From an uncultured Lachnospiraceae bacterium (GTDB lineage Bacteria > Bacillota > Clostridia > Lachnospirales > Lachnospiraceae), in assembly GCA_947305245.1 (NCBI GenBank), contig CAMZDG010000005.1, positions 26,891 to 90,890 of the forward strand: DNA of 64,000 bases. The letters run 5' to 3'. The translations under genes and the position numbers were made by a program. Shown in pieces: positions 53,418-62,400 of the stretch. The notes beneath the pieces are model-generated. The model saw nothing but the letters and a program-made list of their open reading frames with translations. It made no database searches and was not told the DNA's origin. Every line of letters begins with the position of its first letter. The stretch's first letter is position 1.

Positions 53418-54119
53418 CTACAACCGGAATAAAAATGCCAGGATCAATAAATGCAGGGGGTAGAACACATAAAAGAACCATTTGTGGAACGGGTCGAGGC
53501 TCCCTGGCTTTCCGTTATACGCCCGCAGTAGCGGGATCACCAGGAACACGCCGATCTGGAATACCTGCGCAAAGGGGTGATAGCTAGAGATCACCGTCAG
53601 CTGTATGAGCAGGACTTCCGAAATGGCGATGATGGTAAAGGCCGTCCATTTCTTCTTTGGATCGTCGCGGTAGATGACGAAGAATAGCGGCCACAGAATG
53701 TCGAAAATGGGCCAGTCTCCGAAGATTGAAATCGCACAGAGCAGGACAATGATCACGACTTTCCATGCGACCTTAAGGTTTGTTTTGTCCCAGACCCAAA
53801 GCGCGATCAGCCCGAGGAACAGGGTGTAGATCACGCCAAAGGTTGGCGCCGGCCAGGTTCTTGCTTCAAAGAGGGAATAGGGCACCCAGGAGATGAGCGT
53901 GAAAACAAAAAGGCGAATGCCATATTTCTTAATGCTGCGGGTGTGCAGATAGCCCTCGGCGAGCATGAACGCCATAATGGGGCCGGTCAGCCTTCCGATC
54001 ACATGCATCACAAAGCCCAGGGGCGTCGTCGTGGAGGTAATGCACCAGGCCACGTGGTCTATGAGCATGGCGAGGATGGCAATGTATTTTAACTGGTTTC
54101 TGTTCAGCGAGAGTTTCAC
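53418..54119 (-). CDS. TraX-family (acyltransferase-like) membrane protein, 233 aa
   Basis: NQLKYIAILAMLIDH, IGRLT.P.MAF..AEG..HT, KWFFYVFYPLHL; GTG 54119 after AAGGAGG. Confidence 0.85.
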   Translation of the reverse strand: MKLSLNRNQLKYIAILAMLIDHVAWCITSTTTPLGFVMHVIGRLTGPIMAFMLAEGYLHTRSIKKYGIRLFVFTLISWVPYSLFEARTWPAPTFGVIYTLFLGLIALWVWDKTNLKVAWKVVIIVLLCAISIFGDWPIFDILWPLFFVIYRDDPKKKWTAFTIIAISEVLLIQLTVISSYHPFAQVFQIGVFLVIPLLRAYNGKPGSLDPFHKWFFYVFYPLHLLILAFLFRL

Positions 54120-54366
54120 AAAGAGTTCCTCCTTTTCCATAATGATGTCTATCAAACTAGTTTCCAAGAATCATTATAAAATCGAGAATAGCAATTTGCA
54201 ACAAGAAATAAGTGGTTTCCTCTATGGTCAGAATTCTTATTTACGACAAGAAATAAGTGGTTCGCGATATTAAGAATTCCTGAAGGGATGGTAAAAAAAT
54301 AAAGAGAGAGAAAAAAGAGATGCATTGCGGCAAGAGCAAGTTTCGTGATAAAATAACCTAAGACAA

Positions 54367-54600
54367 GCAGGCCATGAGAAAAAACGAGCATGACAAGAAA
54401 GAGCATGGCCAGGAAAAGTGAGCGCGGCCAGGAAAAGTGAGCGCGGCCAGGAAAAGTGAGCGCGGCCAGGAAAAGCGAGCATGGCCAGGAAAAGTGAGCG
54501 CGGCCAGGAAAAACGAGCATGACAAGAAAGAGCATGGCCAGGAAAAGTGAGCGCAGCCAGGAGAACGAGCGCGGCCAGAGGAAGCAGGCAAGGCCAGAAA
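54367..54600. repeat. VNTR, about 12 units, mostly 19 bp (AGCGCGGCCAGGAAAAGTG)
   Basis: Units at 54402, 54421, 54440, 54459, 54478, 54497, 54531, 54550, 54568; 15-bp variants at 54387 and 54516. Confidence 0.92.
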
Positions 54601-54626
54601 GATGGTAAAATAGGGGGAGATGCGGG

Positions 54627-55517
54627 ATGGGAAAGGAAAGGCAGGATTCCAATCAGATCACAAGAGAGTATTTTGACAGTCTCATGATCGAGATGAGGCA
54701 TATTGACAGTGAGATCCCGAGCACGAAAATCAGGCTGTTCGGGCAGGAGTTTTCGATGCCGATCGCGACGGCGGCGCTGTCGCACTTGAACGGACAGACA
54801 GAGGACGGCATGGCGAAGATGGCGGAGGGAGCCCGCATGGCGGACGCGCTCTGCTTTTCTGGCATGGGCGAGGCGGAGGAGATCCAGGCCATGTGCGCGA
54901 CGGGAGCGAAGGTGATCAAGATCGTAAAGCCCCACGCGGACAATGAGAAGGTCTTTGCGAAGATCCGGGAGGCCGAAGAAGCGGGCGCATTCGGCGTCGG
55001 AATGGACATTGATCATGCATTTTCCTGGAATGGAGAATATGACAATGTTGTCGGTTTGCCAATGAGGCCGAAGTCCTTAGAGGAAATGAGAAGCTTTGTG
55101 GAAAGTACGAAGCTGCCGTTCGTCGTGAAGGGCGTGCTCAGCGTGCAGGATGCAAGGAAGTGCCTCGAGATCGGTGCGGCAGGCATCATTGTGTCACATC
55201 ATCATGGCATTATGAGCAGCGCCGTGCCGCCACTTTATCTTCTTCCAAAGATCAAGGAAGTGGTTGGCGACAGGATCCCGATCTTTGTGGATTGCTGCGT
55301 GGAGTCCGGCATGGATGCCTTTAAGGCGCTGGCACTGGGAGCGGACGCGGTCTGCGTCGGACGGGCCATCATGGAGCCCTTGAAGGAAAAAGGCGCGGAG
55401 GGCGTATGCGAAAAGCTCACCGGCATGAATCAGGAACTCAAGGCTGTCATGGAGCGCACGGCGTTTACGAAGCTGAGCAAAATTGACAGCAGTGTCATAC
55501 ACAAGCGCGACTTTTAA
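54627..55517 (+). CDS. FMN-dependent alpha-hydroxy-acid dehydrogenase-family protein
   Basis: PIATAA, PFVVKGV, IIVSHH, IFVD, KALALGADAVCVGR; extended -10 TGgTAAAAT at 54603-54611. Confidence 0.85.
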   Translation: MGKERQDSNQITREYFDSLMIEMRHIDSEIPSTKIRLFGQEFSMPIATAALSHLNGQTEDGMAKMAEGARMADALCFSGMGEAEEIQAMCATGAKVIKIVKPHADNEKVFAKIREAEEAGAFGVGMDIDHAFSWNGEYDNVVGLPMRPKSLEEMRSFVESTKLPFVVKGVLSVQDARKCLEIGAAGIIVSHHHGIMSSAVPPLYLLPKIKEVVGDRIPIFVDCCVESGMDAFKALALGADAVCVGRAIMEPLKEKGAEGVCEKLTGMNQELKAVMERTAFTKLSKIDSSVIHKRDF

Positions 55518-55633
55518 AATGACGGAAATCATAAGAGATAAGGGAAGCGCAGGATGTCATAAAACCAAAACCTTAGAGATAAGGAAAACACAGTACGTCA
55601 TAAGACCTAAAATTATCGGAAACTGAAATCAGC

Positions 55634-55674
55634 GATCCTCCCTGTTCCCTGTCGGAGCGGGGGGATCATTTTTT
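55634..55674 (+). terminator. Rho-independent terminator
   Basis: GATCCTCCCTGTTCC...GGAGCGGGGGGATC followed by TTTTTT. Confidence 0.7.
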
Positions 55675-55773
55675 GCCATTTTATTTCCTTTTTTTCATCA
55701 TATTTTGTGGAAGGAATGCAAGTTTTATGCTATTGTAGTAATGATGGTTTTTGGGAAACGGGAGGGCAAGAAA

Positions 55774-55863
55774 ATGCAAAACGAAAGAATTGGAGTCTTC
55801 TCCATGGGTCTTGCCAGGGAGATCGCAAATCGCATGCAGGCCTATTACGTGGAAATGCTGTAA
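55774..55863 (+). CDS. Candidate 29-aa leader/small protein MQNERIGVFSMGLAREIANRMQAYYVEML
   Basis: RBS GGGAGGG; TAA TAG double stop; ends 35 nt before the dehydratase start. Confidence 0.45.
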   Translation: MQNERIGVFSMGLAREIANRMQAYYVEML

Positions 55864-55897
55864 TAGACCTGTGATTCTATCAAGAAGGGATGGACGG

Positions 55898-57079
55898 ATG
55901 AGAGACTTAAGGCATCTGCAATACTTTGAGGATCTGCTGCAGCAGGCTCATAATGATTTGGTGAGAGAAGCGAAAAGTGAAGGGCGCGTCTGCGCGGCGT
56001 ATCTTTGCGAGAATACGCCGGAGCCGCTTTTGAATCTGGGGAACTGCTTTGGCGTAAGGCTGTTTGCGCCGCATACGGGTTCCATGGATGTGGCGACCTA
56101 TTACATGTCGAATCTTCTCTGCGAGACCGTGCGCGCCATTTTGGAACGCGCCGTGGAGGGAGGATATCAATTCGCGGACTGTCTGATCGCACCGGACGGA
56201 TGCACCATGATGAACAGGTGCGCGGAGAACATAGAGCTGCTCCATGCCATGGACGGGAATGAGAAGTTCTTTTATGAACATATGGAAATCCCGTTCAAGG
56301 CGGATGATAACGGCGTGGAGCTGTTGATCCTGCAGTGCAAAAATCATATATTGACACCTCTGTTGGAAACCTATGGGATCGATGTCTCGGACGAGGCGAT
56401 CCGAAAGGCCGTGGCAGTACATAATCGGGTCTGCGAGCTGATCACCGCCATCGGGGAATTCCGCAAGGAAGAGCATCCGAGGATCACGGGATATGAATTC
56501 GCGGTCCTGACGCTGGCGACTTACGTTTGCCCGAAGGATCTCCTGATCGAAAAGCTGGAGGAGACCTTGGAGGAGTTAAAGGCCAGGGAGCCGGATGACA
56601 GAAAATGGCGGGCGCGCCTTGTGGTCGTTGGCTCTGAGATGGACGACGTGGAATATATCAGGCTCATCGAGGAGTGCGGGGCCTATGTCTGCGCGGATCG
56701 GTACTGCTTCGGGTCCATCCCGGGACGGGTTCCGATCGAGTTAAGCGCGGACAGGGACGCGCTGACGCAGGTCTGCGAGCATTATGTTTACAAGTGCCAG
56801 TGCCCGCGCCAGATGAACATGGAGAAGGTCTACGGGCGCAAGGAGTTTGTCGCAAATCTCGCGAAGGAATACCACGCGGACGGCGTAATCTACAATCAGG
56901 TGAAGTTCTGTGACCCGTGGGCGTATGAGCGGCTGTCCGGTTCGACGGCGCTGAGGGAGGATTTCGGATATCCCGTGCTCTCCGTGGACAGGCCGTATAA
57001 CATTCGCTCGTCGGAGGGACAGATGCGCACGAGAGTGCAGGCCTTCATAGAGAGTATTGAATATAAGAAACTGAACTAA
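55898..57079 (+). CDS. 2-hydroxyacyl-CoA dehydratase subunit (HgdB/FldC/HadC-like), 393 aa
   Basis: CENTPEPL, LCETVR, DGCTMM, ADRYCFG, ADGVI..VKFCDPW, QMRTRVQAFIE; start reset to ATG 55898. Confidence 0.88.
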   Translation: MRDLRHLQYFEDLLQQAHNDLVREAKSEGRVCAAYLCENTPEPLLNLGNCFGVRLFAPHTGSMDVATYYMSNLLCETVRAILERAVEGGYQFADCLIAPDGCTMMNRCAENIELLHAMDGNEKFFYEHMEIPFKADDNGVELLILQCKNHILTPLLETYGIDVSDEAIRKAVAVHNRVCELITAIGEFRKEEHPRITGYEFAVLTLATYVCPKDLLIEKLEETLEELKAREPDDRKWRARLVVVGSEMDDVEYIRLIEECGAYVCADRYCFGSIPGRVPIELSADRDALTQVCEHYVYKCQCPRQMNMEKVYGRKEFVANLAKEYHADGVIYNQVKFCDPWAYERLSGSTALREDFGYPVLSVDRPYNIRSSEGQMRTRVQAFIESIEYKKLN

Positions 57080-57107
57080 GGAATGGATTTTAGATCGGAG
57101 GGTTCAC

Positions 57108-57506
57108 ATGTTGGGATTGGGAAAGGATCAAATAAGGACGTTTGAGAGGGTCACGCTGCGGTTAAGCGGCATGCGTGGGATCTGGGAGCAGGAGATCACG
57201 TGCAAGGACGAGAAGGCACTGGTCTCGGAATATGGCCTTCGGTTTTATGAAGGGCAGGAAGAGAGAGTGCTTCGAAGGAGCGGCGAGGTGGACTTGCAGG
57301 AAGTCTTAAAGGTTTTGAATTCCTGTAATATTGCCAGTTGGAACGGATTTTACGGAGAACGTCCACACGGCCTGCTGGACGGGATCATGTTCCAGTTTGA
57401 GGCCGTGGTAAATGACGGGCAACAGATCACGGCGCGCGGGACCGAGAATTTTCCGAGCCATTATGAGAAGTTTACGGATGCACTCTATGACTGGCTGAAG
57501 GAGTAG
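57108..57506 (+). CDS. Hypothetical protein, 132 aa
   Basis: RBS GGAGGG; lies between the two dehydratase subunits. Confidence 0.65.
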   Translation: MLGLGKDQIRTFERVTLRLSGMRGIWEQEITCKDEKALVSEYGLRFYEGQEERVLRRSGEVDLQEVLKVLNSCNIASWNGFYGERPHGLLDGIMFQFEAVVNDGQQITARGTENFPSHYEKFTDALYDWLKE

Positions 57507-57510
57507 GAAG

Positions 57511-59091
57511 ATGGCGATTGTAAAGAATGAGAAAGCGATCCCGGGCGATCAGCTGCTGGGATGCCTTTATGATCACGGAAAAGTGAGGAAGCGGCGCGAG
57601 TGGCGAGGCTTTAAGGATACGATGTATGACTTCGGACAGTGGCTCGCGACCTGGAAGATCATGATGGGCGTGTCCATGGGAAGGGGGTTCCTTCGGGGGC
57701 TGTTCCGCTATCGCTGGATGGTGAATTTCCTCGCGGTGCCGCACATGATCGACAAGTTTACGATCGGGCAACGGGATGAGATCCTGCGGATCACGCATAT
57801 AGGCATGGGCTACGTTTCCTATGAGGTGGCCGGGATCGTGAAGCAGTGCCTTCGCGCGGACCGACGGTGCGGAAATGATAAGAAATTCTCGGACAAGTGC
57901 GTGCTCGTGGATGAAAACGCCATGACCTCATATCTCATGGGCTTTCCGAATCTGATCGCGCTGCAGCGCGAGATCCCGACGCTCTTTGCGGCGAACCTGA
58001 TCAATCAAAATTCCGACATTCATTACATCGACGTGGCGCAGGCCTTTGGCATTCCGGGCGACGTGTGCCCCATGCCGGAGGTGGAGGCGGGCGTCTCCAT
58101 TGAGGACGACCTGGTTGTGGCCGGAAAGTGTGCCGTGCAGGTGAACACGACCTGCGACGGTTCCATGCTGGGCAATGGCATCATCGCAAAGCGCCTGGAG
58201 CGGCAGTATGGCATTCCGACCTTCCAGATGGCGTCTCCCCTGCGGCACCGCAATGAGGACACGCAAAAGTATGCCGCGGAGGAGATCAAGCGCGCCATCG
58301 CCTTTATCGAGGAGCAGACGGGCGAGAAATGGGACTGGACGGCGTATTTTGCAGCGGCAAAGCGTGTGAATATGACCACGAGGAACCGCTGGGAATGGCT
58401 CGACGTCAACTGTACGCCGTACCCGCAGTTCTTCGGCGCCGTGTTCTCGCTCTATAATAACACGAACTACATGGGGAACTGCGGACGGAGCGCGGAATTC
58501 CCGCTGATCGACGAAAAGATCATGAAGCTCGTGCACAAGGGCTATGAAAATAAGACCATGCTGGGCCGGGAATACCGCCATAGATGCGTGGTCTGGGGCG
58601 TGCAGCCGCAGTTCGTGATCGACATGCTGTACTGGATGACGCTCTGCTGGGGCGTGGTGCCGCTGACGGACATGCTCTCGATGGTGATCGAAAAGGAGAT
58701 CGCTGAGGACGACACGCCGGAGAACCGCGAGCAGGCCTACTATGACATGGCGTACCTCTCCGAGAATATGATCATGCGAAATCATACGCATGGAGGCTAT
58801 CAGATGCTGGTGGACCAGCTCTGGGAGTACGTGGAGCGCATGAATGCCGACATGGTCATGATGTGGGAGCACATGGGATGCAAGGCCCTCACGGGCATGC
58901 ACGGGCAGTTCGAGGAGCAGGCGAGGGAGAGAGGCATCAAGCTGGTGTGGGTTTCGCATGATCTTTGCGACCCGAGGATCTATTCCCGCCAGGCCATCCG
59001 CGACCAGTTCAATCAGTTCATGCGGACCGTGATGCGCGAGGAGCCCCTCGATCCCACGATCGAAGAGCTACCGGATAATGAAGCCTGGTAA
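57511..59091 (+). CDS. 2-hydroxyacyl-CoA dehydratase subunit (HgdA/FldB/HadB-like)
   Basis: GDVCPMP, TTCDGS, NADMV..HMGCK, HDLCDPR, DQFNQF. Confidence 0.85.
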   Translation: MAIVKNEKAIPGDQLLGCLYDHGKVRKRREWRGFKDTMYDFGQWLATWKIMMGVSMGRGFLRGLFRYRWMVNFLAVPHMIDKFTIGQRDEILRITHIGMGYVSYEVAGIVKQCLRADRRCGNDKKFSDKCVLVDENAMTSYLMGFPNLIALQREIPTLFAANLINQNSDIHYIDVAQAFGIPGDVCPMPEVEAGVSIEDDLVVAGKCAVQVNTTCDGSMLGNGIIAKRLERQYGIPTFQMASPLRHRNEDTQKYAAEEIKRAIAFIEEQTGEKWDWTAYFAAAKRVNMTTRNRWEWLDVNCTPYPQFFGAVFSLYNNTNYMGNCGRSAEFPLIDEKIMKLVHKGYENKTMLGREYRHRCVVWGVQPQFVIDMLYWMTLCWGVVPLTDMLSMVIEKEIAEDDTPENREQAYYDMAYLSENMIMRNHTHGGYQMLVDQLWEYVERMNADMVMMWEHMGCKALTGMHGQFEEQARERGIKLVWVSHDLCDPRIYSRQAIRDQFNQFMRTVMREEPLDPTIEELPDNEAW

Positions 59092-59183
59092 TCCGAAGGG
59101 GGGACCCACGCGCATTTACGTCCGAAGGGGGGACCCGCTTGCGGGGAGAAGCCTTCGGACAGCGTGGGGGGAAACCTTCGGAT
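59091..59183. repeat. Nested double-hairpin (REP-like / structured RNA) element
   Basis: TCCGAAGG at 59092 and 59121 pair with CCTTCGGA at 59175 and 59152; inner stems CCCACGC/GCGTGGG and CCCGC/GCGGG. Confidence 0.75.
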
Positions 59184-59217
59184 GGCATGCAAGCAATTAT
59201 AAGGAGAGGATAAAATT

Positions 59218-59382
59218 ATGATTTTGAAAATAGTGCTAATCCTATTGGCAATCATTGTTGCATTATTCCTATTGCTTTTTTGCGTATATTTCTTTAATCT
59301 AGATATGAAGCTGATCGTGAACGTGATCGCTCCGATCCTGGAGAAGTACCACGATAAGAAAAAGCACGATCAGTTCGTATAG
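59218..59382 (+). CDS. 54-aa small membrane protein missed by the ORF track
   Basis: MILKIVLILLAIIVALFLLLFCVYFFNLDMKLIVNVIAPILEKYHDKKKHDQFV*; RBS AAGGAGAGG. Confidence 0.75.
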   Translation: MILKIVLILLAIIVALFLLLFCVYFFNLDMKLIVNVIAPILEKYHDKKKHDQFV

Positions 59383-59422
59383 AGGAGAACTAAAAAAATA
59401 GATTTCATGAGGGGGAAAAAAC

Positions 59423-62400
59423 ATGAGGAAAACAAAGAAAAGACTAATCATTTCAGGCATCTTGGGGATGGTATTAATGCTTGCGTTGGTACTTAGTAAT
59501 TTTATTGGACTTTATCCGTCCACGCAGACGAAGGCGGCAGATGATCAAGGGGGAGTTGATCTTTGCATTAAGCTCGAAGCATCTCCAGATCCCTCTTCCG
59601 GCCAGCTGAAATTGGGAGATGCGATTACGGTAACAGCTACAGTATTGAACGGTGGAAACATAGATGCAACGGGCGTATGCGTAGAATTTGACATCAGTAA
59701 GCATTGGCGCATTGATCATACAGAAACGGATACGGGAGCGTTTAGTGATTCCGTCTGGACCGTTGGTGATTTAGACTTAGGCAAAACAGCCGTTTTGAGT
59801 ATTACTGCAACAGTGACCGCATATACTGATGAAAGTGATCCCAAAGACGTGATTACCTTTTCTGGCAATGCTAAATGTAATGAAACAGATACGAGTCTTT
59901 CGAACAATTCGGATGCCATAGAGCCATTCACCTTACCGGAAACGGAGTACCCTCTTTGGATCGGGGGTGTCCAGGTAACGCAAGATAACTGCAATAAGAA
60001 GGATGAGAATCATTGGTCCTATGATTCTAAAACACATACGCTGACGTTAGAAGATTATACTTACTACAGTATAATTCCAAGCAATAATTCGGTCATCTAT
60101 TATAACGGTGATAAGGATCTCACGATTGTTTTGCAGGGTGTTAACACAATTCTGGCAGACACGGACGAGAAAATAAATACATATAATCTGGTTGCCATTG
60201 ATAATGAAAACTGTACCTTGACCATTACGGGTAGCGGGAGCATTACGATCAACACGACAGGATTGTGGGACGAATATAATGCGTCAATTTTTAGCAAGGG
60301 ACCGATTGTGTTCCAGGGCGGAAGCGTTTCGGTCGGAGATCAATATAATGCCGCGCATGGCATCCAATCGGAAAAAAGTGTCACCGTAAAGTATGGGATC
60401 ACCTCACTCGTTGCGGTAGCAGGAATGTATGCTGGAAATACTGCCATTTCTGGAATTGTATACAGTGACGTACCGGGTAAGTATTCGCAACAAAGTTTAA
60501 ATTTTTCGTATGATTTAACGGATGTCAACGGTGTCGAGTTTTCTTACAGGAAAGTGGTTTTCCCTTTGAACGGCAAATATTTGCTCGTTTATGATCCAGG
60601 TAATTATGGCGTCGGATCCATGGCTAGCACGGTAGTTGCCATAGGAGATACATATATATTTCCTGAGTGCACGTTTGAGTCATCGGACAGAAAGTTTGTT
60701 TTCTCGCGTTGGGAAATGAGCGGCATTGATTTGATAGCTGCTCCAGGCCTTGAACAACCGATTGCCGACAATTGTTTGTCGGACGGCAAGATTGTAGTAA
60801 CGGCATGCTGGAAAGAGCTCACGCAGGAAGCGACGATCAAGACGGATTGCACGGGAATCACAAGTGATTTTGACGGCACGGAAAAGAACCTGATCACCGC
60901 GGGAGAGGCGACAAATGGCACGATGAATTACGCGATCGGCGAGGATAACGTCACTGCTCCAACTCTTGGCTGGAGCGCTGTTATTCCCAAGGCGATGGCG
61001 GCGGGAACTTACTATGTGTGGTATAAGGCGAGAGGAGATCGTCAAAACTATTGCGACAGCGGAGCCAAATGTGTTGTGGTGAAGATCAATCCCGCCACCG
61101 TGACGGCTTCCGTGGCGGATGCAACGGCGGAGTACAGCGGGTCCAAGCAAAGCGGAAACGACAGCGTCACTTTCCAGGGACTTTTGTCCGGACATACGGC
61201 GACGATCAATTATACGCCTGCATCCGGCAAGCTGGTAAGCGCATACAATAACGGAAGCTTTGATAAGAACAGTTTTCAGGTAAAGGACGCGAACGGAAAA
61301 GACGTGACTGGTGGTTATCAGCTGGGAACCCTGACGCCCGGCAAGCTGACGATCACAAATCGGAAAACTCCGTTTGAGATTGAGGTCAAGGCAAAGAGCG
61401 TTTCCGAAGAGTATAACGGAAAGCCAAAGAGTGCGACCGGATTTGAAACACTGAACTTCACCGTGAACGGCAACGCATTTACGGTGAGCGGCCTGACCAC
61501 CTCTGATCCGTCAAGCGTTAAGAAATGTAATAACGTGCCAAATACCATTAGCGGTACGGTGGTGGTAAAAGACGGCGACGGGAATGACGTGACCGCTCAG
61601 TTTGCCGTAAGTACGGTAAATGGCAGTTTAACGATCACGGAAAATACGAAGGACTTGTCGATATCCTCTTCGACGAAGAGTTGGACCTATGACGGCGTAA
61701 GTCACATGGATGAAAAGTATACCGTGACATATGATGGCGCAAACATAACGGCGGATGGTACCGGCAAAGTGTTTACGTTGTCAACGGGCGATACCGTGAC
61801 GATCACGCCTGCGGCTACGGGCGTGAAAGACGTTGGAACCTACAGTAATAACAACGAGTATTCCTACGTGCTGACAAATGCGGACCAGTATTCTAACGTT
61901 ACAAAGCAGAAAGGCACGCTTTCGATCGATCCGAAGGACGTAACGATCACCGCGCAGGACAAGAAATTCACTTATGACGGAACGGCGCAGAGCTGGCCTT
62001 ATTATGATGTGGACGGCCTGGTTGGGGAAGATGCCATCACGGCAGTGATCACGGGAAGCATCACCTGCCCTGACGAAGGCACGGTAACGAATCAGGTGGC
62101 AAGCTATACGTTCGCTTCTGGGACTGCCGGAAATTACGCAGTGACAATGGCGGACGGACAACTGACCATGGTGAATGCCTCTAATGCAATCACCATTACT
62201 GCGGCAAGCAGGGAGTGGACTTATGACGCAACCGCGCATTCCGATGGCACCGTGACCGTGACTTCGGGGGCGCTGTTTACCGGAGATGCTTTGGTTGCAA
62301 CGGCAACCGGCAGCGTAACGGGCGTGGCAGACACCGCTGACGGAAACAATCCGATCGCGGCCGGATATCGGATCATGCACGGCGACAAGGATGTTACGGC

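Noticed and set aside
53418-54119. TraX as evidence of a conjugative element
   Set aside because: No relaxase, T4SS, coupling protein or integrase; TraX-family membrane proteins are commonly stand-alone chromosomal genes
54152-55016. Minus-strand ORFs (166, 248, 77 aa) over the 19-bp VNTR
   Set aside because: Repeat-derived frameshifting text (FPGRAHFSWPRSLFL) that partly overlaps real genes
55534-55615. 41-bp imperfect tandem duplication after the FMN dehydrogenase
   Set aside because: Only two degenerate copies; no structure or function can be supported
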